From: an uncultured Armatimonadetes bacterium
GTDB lineage: Bacteria; Armatimonadota; UBA5829; DTJY01
Reading direction: 5' to 3'
NCBI GenBank assembly: GCA_963717145.1
Contig: OY970325.1
Location: 3,840,001-3,904,000, forward strand
Length of the DNA: 64,000 nt
Part shown: positions 60,201-64,000 of the stretch, in pieces
Layout of the letters: each line of letters begins with the position of its first letter
Numbering within the stretch: the first letter of the stretch is position 1
The notes under the pieces: model-generated
Seen by the model: the letters and a program-made list of their open reading frames with translations, nothing else
Database searches by the model: none
Told to the model about the DNA's origin: nothing
Position numbers and translations under genes: made by a program

Positions 60201-60472
60201 GCATTTGCAGACGGGCGAAGCCGACCGGTCTCTACAATATCGGCCTCCTCGCGGAGACCTGGGGCAGGATCACCAGCGTCGGGACGGACTACTTCTACAT
60301 GAGTGACGGCAGCGACGCCGGCGGCGTCAAGGTGACATGCTATGGATTCGCCCCGCCCTACGCCATCGGCGACTACGTCAGGACGACCGGCATCAGCTCG
60401 ATGGACGGCGGATTCCGCGCCCTCCTCGTCAACAAGTCCGCAGATGTGCGCCTGCTTTCCCCGAGCCCCTAG
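57236..60472 (+). CDS. Secreted TIGR03790-like protein with an inserted YCF48/BNR beta-propeller, an Ig-like domain and C-terminal OB-like modules
   Basis: NVLVVVNDNS...IGEYYRAARNIP, YIVLTKGIP, repeated T-D-G-G-x-T-W boxes, VGDPLMAPY; TTGACC-17-TATAAT promoter at 57121..57149. Confidence 0.75.
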   Translation: MGKLAFAVLLFLLTCSVLLAGGGRHNVLVVVNDNSPVSKAIGEYYRAARNIPPANVCHITCSTDEYNSDNFESEILYPIESYLTAHGLVNQIQYIVLTKGIPLKVSSTGNSVDSSLSLAFQRWSDGVSPCIERADNPYVAVDRDFGAFRDSSANRIPWSTLTPLRDIAPRGDGAIFAVGGRFIARSTNGVDWEEMPEAGCSEVLTPLTRAYFLNATTGWAVGERDTILRTVDGGSTWQRVRGGQSSDETTLSAVWFTSATNGWVVGEDQYGEPLALHSTDGGVTWAPQSIGATNPLQDVFFTDSLNGWVVGDADMLRSTDGGETWVSARNGAPEGMLSRVFFADADNGWATGAETLLCRTVDGGDTWVRQQIPGLLEQTLMDCHFIDSNTGWIVTNCAYDEGETSSGRLLRTTDGGVTWTTLQSGEVDRQAVYFADSQTGWYVQARSDEEPWNNVIYRSTDGGAGRTRVFANHPWTVKLMYLVCRLDSYETDTRDGGNGVPDDIEDMIAGSLAPDPTGQFVIDASTGNYQSGNLSLADTASRLLSRGLNVLFDQSWKFVSGAYPGIGQVAGYAGWGSNDGGSLWSSEWGKPNFAWKPGSIAMCYVSSDGRSFSKPPAYLRCSSNSILDEGRSFSNSNVIQLYNVYSGWVAKLHDPSGDVVSSASFASGGIELPCAGPAEGYIQVYRPDGVAPICGGRYPASGTATLVGGRAYRYSTGQSLIADYISEGCSAAVGSVAEPGFRCTYPELTFPRYVDGYMWAESAWMGITSTPWMYLAVGDPLMAPYATPPSVSITSPGLDGQVLNGTVEVEVTAADAQGIARVELWVDDRYHSAVAGPGPTFSLPLDTESLSDGPHTLEAIAYEAGKVATQAYALRSVITANADSVTDLFSVPDGIPVHLQAATVSRVFPSTGYIYVQEGQASGIRVVSGELPAEGEVVSVVGVLHTGAGAERYIETDTLTVTSGGGSIPRAVGMGNGSLGGNSLGSASGICRRAKPTGLYNIGLLAETWGRITSVGTDYFYMSDGSDAGGVKVTCYGFAPPYAIGDYVRTTGISSMDGGFRALLVNKSADVRLLSPSP

Positions 60473-62514
60473 TCCCGACTTCCGCCATTCTGCCTAATCA
60501 GCAGCATAAGAGTATACGGATCCACGATCTCGACGTCCGCGCCTTTGGGGGATGCCTTGATCGCCTCGAAGAGCGCCTTCTGCATGGACGGCGTCCAGAG
60601 GATGTCGCGGAAGATGAAGAACACCGGCTCGGCGGACGGGTCCTTGCTCCTCGACCGCTCCTGTGCGACCCGTTCGAGCACTAACTGCGCCGACTGCTCC
60701 GGGCCGTGCACCAGGTCGTCGGACATCCGGATGTACGGCAGCCCCTTCCGGACACCCCAGCGGGCGATCTTCTGCGCCACGATCCCCGCCGGCGAGAACT
60801 CGGCGTAGGCATCGAGCGTCTCGTCCGACATCGGCGGCGCGTACCCGTCGATGATGAACCCCGTGAGCGAGAGGTCCCACTGCTTGTAGTACCGCTTGCA
60901 GTGCTCGGCCCACGTACGGACTCCCGACGGAAGGCCGGAATACTCCCGCGGCTCCTGAAGGTGGCCCGGGTTGACGTACCCCGCGCCGACATCGCCCGCC
61001 ACGAAGAAGTCGAGGTCCGACTTGTGCTTCCGCGAGTAAGCCATCCCAACCGCAAACCGGTCCGCGAGGTTCGGATTGAACGCCCAGCCGAGTGGAATCG
61101 TCCCGCGCGCCGGGTCGTCCCACAACTCAGGGAGCTTCTGGTAGAGCCAGGCCGCCGAGTCGTAATCGCCGACATAGATCGTCACGTACGACTTCGGCGC
61201 GACCTTCCCCTCGGCGGTGACGTACCCCTTCGCCCTCAGGTCATCGAGCGTCGGGAGCTTCTGCGGATAGCGGGCATCGAGGGGATAGTGCTGGTAGACC
61301 GACGCGTTCGCCATGCACCCGATCCCGAGCGCGTCGGCATCGACGAATGCGTTGAAGCAGGAGGTGACCTCGGCCATCCGCCACTCGGTCGGGACACCGC
61401 CATGCTTCCCGCCGGACGCGTGACTGTCGGTGTACTTCTTGTCCCACGGGGTGAACCCGCCGACGTGGATCATCTTCTTCCCGGCCACACGATCGTATGC
61501 CGAGCGCAGGATCGCCTGGAGTGTCCGCAGGTCGGTCCCCAGCGGCTGATCCGGGTCATCGACCGGCGTCTCGTCGTCCCACGGCCCGAGGTCGAAGAAG
61601 AACGCCTTGTGCGCGATGAAGTAGTCGTGGTTCGAGAGTGTGTGGTTCGGAACGTATCCCCCGGGCTGCTTGAGCCAGTAGGCGTCCATGTAGTAGCCGA
61701 TCCTGGTGGGATCGCACCTGCCGGTGTCGAGGTACTTCTCCTTCGCCCAGATCAGGGCGTCGCACTTCGCACTCCCGGTCGATGCAGTCTTGCTCCCGGG
61801 GATCGTGCCCTTGCCGGTGAAGATGCTCGTGCCGTCCGGATTGACGAGCCACTCCTTGACGGGAAGCTTCAGATCGGCGGTGAGGTGATGGTAGAGCGAG
61901 CCCGGATCGGGATCGAACCGCACGCACGCCAGGTCCTCGACGCCGGCGATCGTCGATGCGACGTTCGAGGTGGCGGCGACCTTCTCATCGTAGACCACGA
62001 GGCCCTTGATGTCGCCCTTGAACCGCTCGATCAGCGCATCGAGGTCCGCGATCTCCTCCAGCCCGTACTCCGCCAGCCACTCCGAGTCCCCGGATGGTTG
62101 TAGGGGCGTGCCTTGTGCCGCCTGTTGATCGCCTGTCACCGCCGGGTCCTGATCTCGCGAGGCGGCACAAGGCACGCCCCTACAACCATCCGGGGTCGGA
62201 CCGCCCTCCCGGAACTTATCGAACCAATACCGGTCGATGCTCCCGTTCTCGCCGCCGACGAAATAGAGGTACAGGCGCGGCCCCTTCCGGTTCACGATCC
62301 CCTGGACCGACGATACGAAATGCGCATCGTCCCAGACCTTCCGGCGCTCCTTCGGGTCGTCACGGTTGAGCTTCAGCGTGTAGGTCAGGTCGAAAGTGTA
62401 GAGGGTCTTCGCCTCCGACCGCGGGGCAGTCAGGCACAAGGCGAGCAGGATGGCAAATATGAACATGAGCGACAACACAGGCCTCCAAATATCATTCTGG
62501 CCCAGTTGTACCAT
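60469..62514 (-). CDS. GxGYxYP-like putative glycoside hydrolase with an in-frame REP insertion
   Basis: Signal peptide; SVQGIVNRKGPRLY, YVGDYDS and GAGYVNP motifs. Confidence 0.7.
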   Translation of the reverse strand: MVQLGQNDIWRPVLSLMFIFAILLALCLTAPRSEAKTLYTFDLTYTLKLNRDDPKERRKVWDDAHFVSSVQGIVNRKGPRLYLYFVGGENGSIDRYWFDKFREGGPTPDGCRGVPCAASRDQDPAVTGDQQAAQGTPLQPSGDSEWLAEYGLEEIADLDALIERFKGDIKGLVVYDEKVAATSNVASTIAGVEDLACVRFDPDPGSLYHHLTADLKLPVKEWLVNPDGTSIFTGKGTIPGSKTASTGSAKCDALIWAKEKYLDTGRCDPTRIGYYMDAYWLKQPGGYVPNHTLSNHDYFIAHKAFFFDLGPWDDETPVDDPDQPLGTDLRTLQAILRSAYDRVAGKKMIHVGGFTPWDKKYTDSHASGGKHGGVPTEWRMAEVTSCFNAFVDADALGIGCMANASVYQHYPLDARYPQKLPTLDDLRAKGYVTAEGKVAPKSYVTIYVGDYDSAAWLYQKLPELWDDPARGTIPLGWAFNPNLADRFAVGMAYSRKHKSDLDFFVAGDVGAGYVNPGHLQEPREYSGLPSGVRTWAEHCKRYYKQWDLSLTGFIIDGYAPPMSDETLDAYAEFSPAGIVAQKIARWGVRKGLPYIRMSDDLVHGPEQSAQLVLERVAQERSRSKDPSAEPVFFIFRDILWTPSMQKALFEAIKASPKGADVEIVDPYTLMLLIRQNGGSRD
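62088..62195. repeat. GTAG-type REP doublet inside the CDS
   Basis: Perfect 36-bp arms at 62088..62123 and 62160..62195; total length 108 bp. Confidence 0.9.
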
Positions 62515-62613
62515 GCCCAGGCATCGAGATGCAAGAGCGAGCGCCTACAGCCGCACATCAACCGTCTGGTTGTCCGCTTGGCCTCGCAGTTTGCTTGACA
62601 AACACACAACACG

Positions 62614-63977
62614 TGTTGCCTCATTTAACTTTGTTACCGAAACGCCATTCGTTGCGTCATTGATAATGTTACCAAGTAGTGTGTTCAAGTATGTCAGATC
62701 GGCTCTTGATCGCCGCTCAGGGCCGCGCCTTGCTCGCTTTCGATCTGTCTTTATTCGGCATCCTGTCAAGCTTTGATGATAGCCTGTGGATGCGTCTTAG
62801 TAGCTCCACCGGGTTCGTCGCTCTACGTTCTTTATCGAGGCGATCCTTTGCTTCATCGTCAAGCCATCCTTCAACACTTATCAGCTTGCGGTACGGCGTC
62901 ATCGCAGGCTCATAGCGTTTGATCACTTTACTCCCAATCCGCTCCTTTTCTTTAAGACGCATCATGGGCTGACAGAAGTTGTGATACGCCACGATCAGCG
63001 GATATATCGCCTTTAGTACCGCAAGCTGCTCGTCCGTCTCGAATCGCCGGTAACCTATAAACTGCCGGACTACGCTCCAGTTCTTCTGCTCTACATGACA
63101 TTGATCGTTCTTCTTGTAAGGCCGACTGCGCGTAAACGTGATCCTGTGCGCTCGACAGTACTTGTTCATGTGATGGTTGATGAACTCGCCGCCGTTGTCG
63201 GTATCTATGCCTCTGACTGCAAACGGTGCGCTCTTGGACGCGGACTGCACCGCAAGCACGGTTCCGTGCTCCCCTCGGCCTTTCATTCCATCAAGCGCTA
63301 CCCATCCGGTCGCTACATCAGTCATAGTCAAAGTATACAGGAACTCTCCGCTCCCGTCACCTCCGCAATGACCCACCAAGTCCATCTCGAAGAACCCAGG
63401 CTCAGCTTCATCCCAGTCGGCAAACGTCCTCACCGGGATCTGAGACCGAAGCAGTGTCCCCGGCTTTGTTAAGGTCCTCCCTGTTAGCGATAGGGCAGAC
63501 CGCTCCTTCTTCATCAACCTGTCGATGCTCGACGCGCTGATCGAGTTAAGCAGCCTCTCTTCTTCTGGTGTAACCGTTATCTCCCCGAATGACTCCAGTA
63601 TGGGTAGAAACTCAGTCAGAAACGGCTGCAGACGCTTACCGCACGCGTAGAAACTCGCAGCCCAGAGTGTCTTCAGCTTGTGGGCTATCGGCTCGTATTT
63701 CGACTTCCTTGCGCGTCTCACTGGACTCCTCGCTGGTGGAACTCCTTTCGCGAACAGCCTCACCAGCGACTTCCTGTGGTAACCGGTCAATCCCTGGACT
63801 TCACTCAATACCAGCTTCTTCTCCGATTTGGTGGCTTTGCCATATTCTTTGCGTTTGCGCCTCACGACTTCTCTTACGGATGCAGTTGTCATCTTCTCCA
63901 TGCCTCAGTTTCGGTAACATTCTTATCTGAGGCAACGTTTCCGTTTCGGTAACATCGTTCGTGAAGCAATTCGCAAC
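62614..63977 (-). mobile_element. ISNCY-like DDE insertion sequence (ends approximate)
   Basis: Two copies of GGTAACA-N7/8-TGAVGCAA at each end, in inverted orientation. Confidence 0.7.
62717..63901 (-). CDS. Integrase-core (rve-like) DDE transposase
   Basis: TGYHRK, GFFEMDLVGHCG, DTDNGGEF and SRPYKKNDQCHVEQKN motifs. Confidence 0.88.
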   Translation of the reverse strand: MEKMTTASVREVVRRKRKEYGKATKSEKKLVLSEVQGLTGYHRKSLVRLFAKGVPPARSPVRRARKSKYEPIAHKLKTLWAASFYACGKRLQPFLTEFLPILESFGEITVTPEEERLLNSISASSIDRLMKKERSALSLTGRTLTKPGTLLRSQIPVRTFADWDEAEPGFFEMDLVGHCGGDGSGEFLYTLTMTDVATGWVALDGMKGRGEHGTVLAVQSASKSAPFAVRGIDTDNGGEFINHHMNKYCRAHRITFTRSRPYKKNDQCHVEQKNWSVVRQFIGYRRFETDEQLAVLKAIYPLIVAYHNFCQPMMRLKEKERIGSKVIKRYEPAMTPYRKLISVEGWLDDEAKDRLDKERRATNPVELLRRIHRLSSKLDRMPNKDRSKASKARP

Positions 63978-64000
63978 ATATGCTATAATAGCAACCGTAG

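Noticed and set aside
359-62103. Many long antisense ORFs (e.g. 359..1528, 19035..20414, 34289..35779, 60706..62103)
   Set aside because: These are shadow frames of GC-rich genes with no recognisable motifs.

Overview
GC-rich bacterial chromosomal window that spans the replication-origin region. It includes recF-dciA, dnaA, rpmH-rnpA-yidD-yidC-jag-mnmE, cinA-thpR-recA-recX-rny-ymdB, cdaA-cdaR-glmM, hemL, murJ, iscS and rtcB. Gene content suggests a Terrabacteria lineage such as Armatimonadota (inference only). Accessory content: three IS elements (IS1182, single-ORF IS66, an ISNCY-like DDE element), an HNH nuclease/C5 methyltransferase/Vsr island whose methyltransferase hides a nested out-of-frame gene with its own Shine-Dalgarno, and a yybP-ykoY (Mn2+) riboswitch ahead of a Ca/cation exchanger. 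The most striking pattern is a dense population of palindromic REP-like elements and inverted 7/8-mer arrays. These have entered three genes as in-frame insertions (GT4 glycosyltransferase, mnmE, a GxGYxYP-type protein), and one inverted array pair brackets a four-helix-bundle gene inserted into the cdaA-cdaR-glmM operon. An unidentified structured-RNA candidate lies at about 8.7-8.95 kb. Seven single-base frameshifts in six genes are most likely long-read assembly errors. All family calls come from motif recognition by eye, not database searches.
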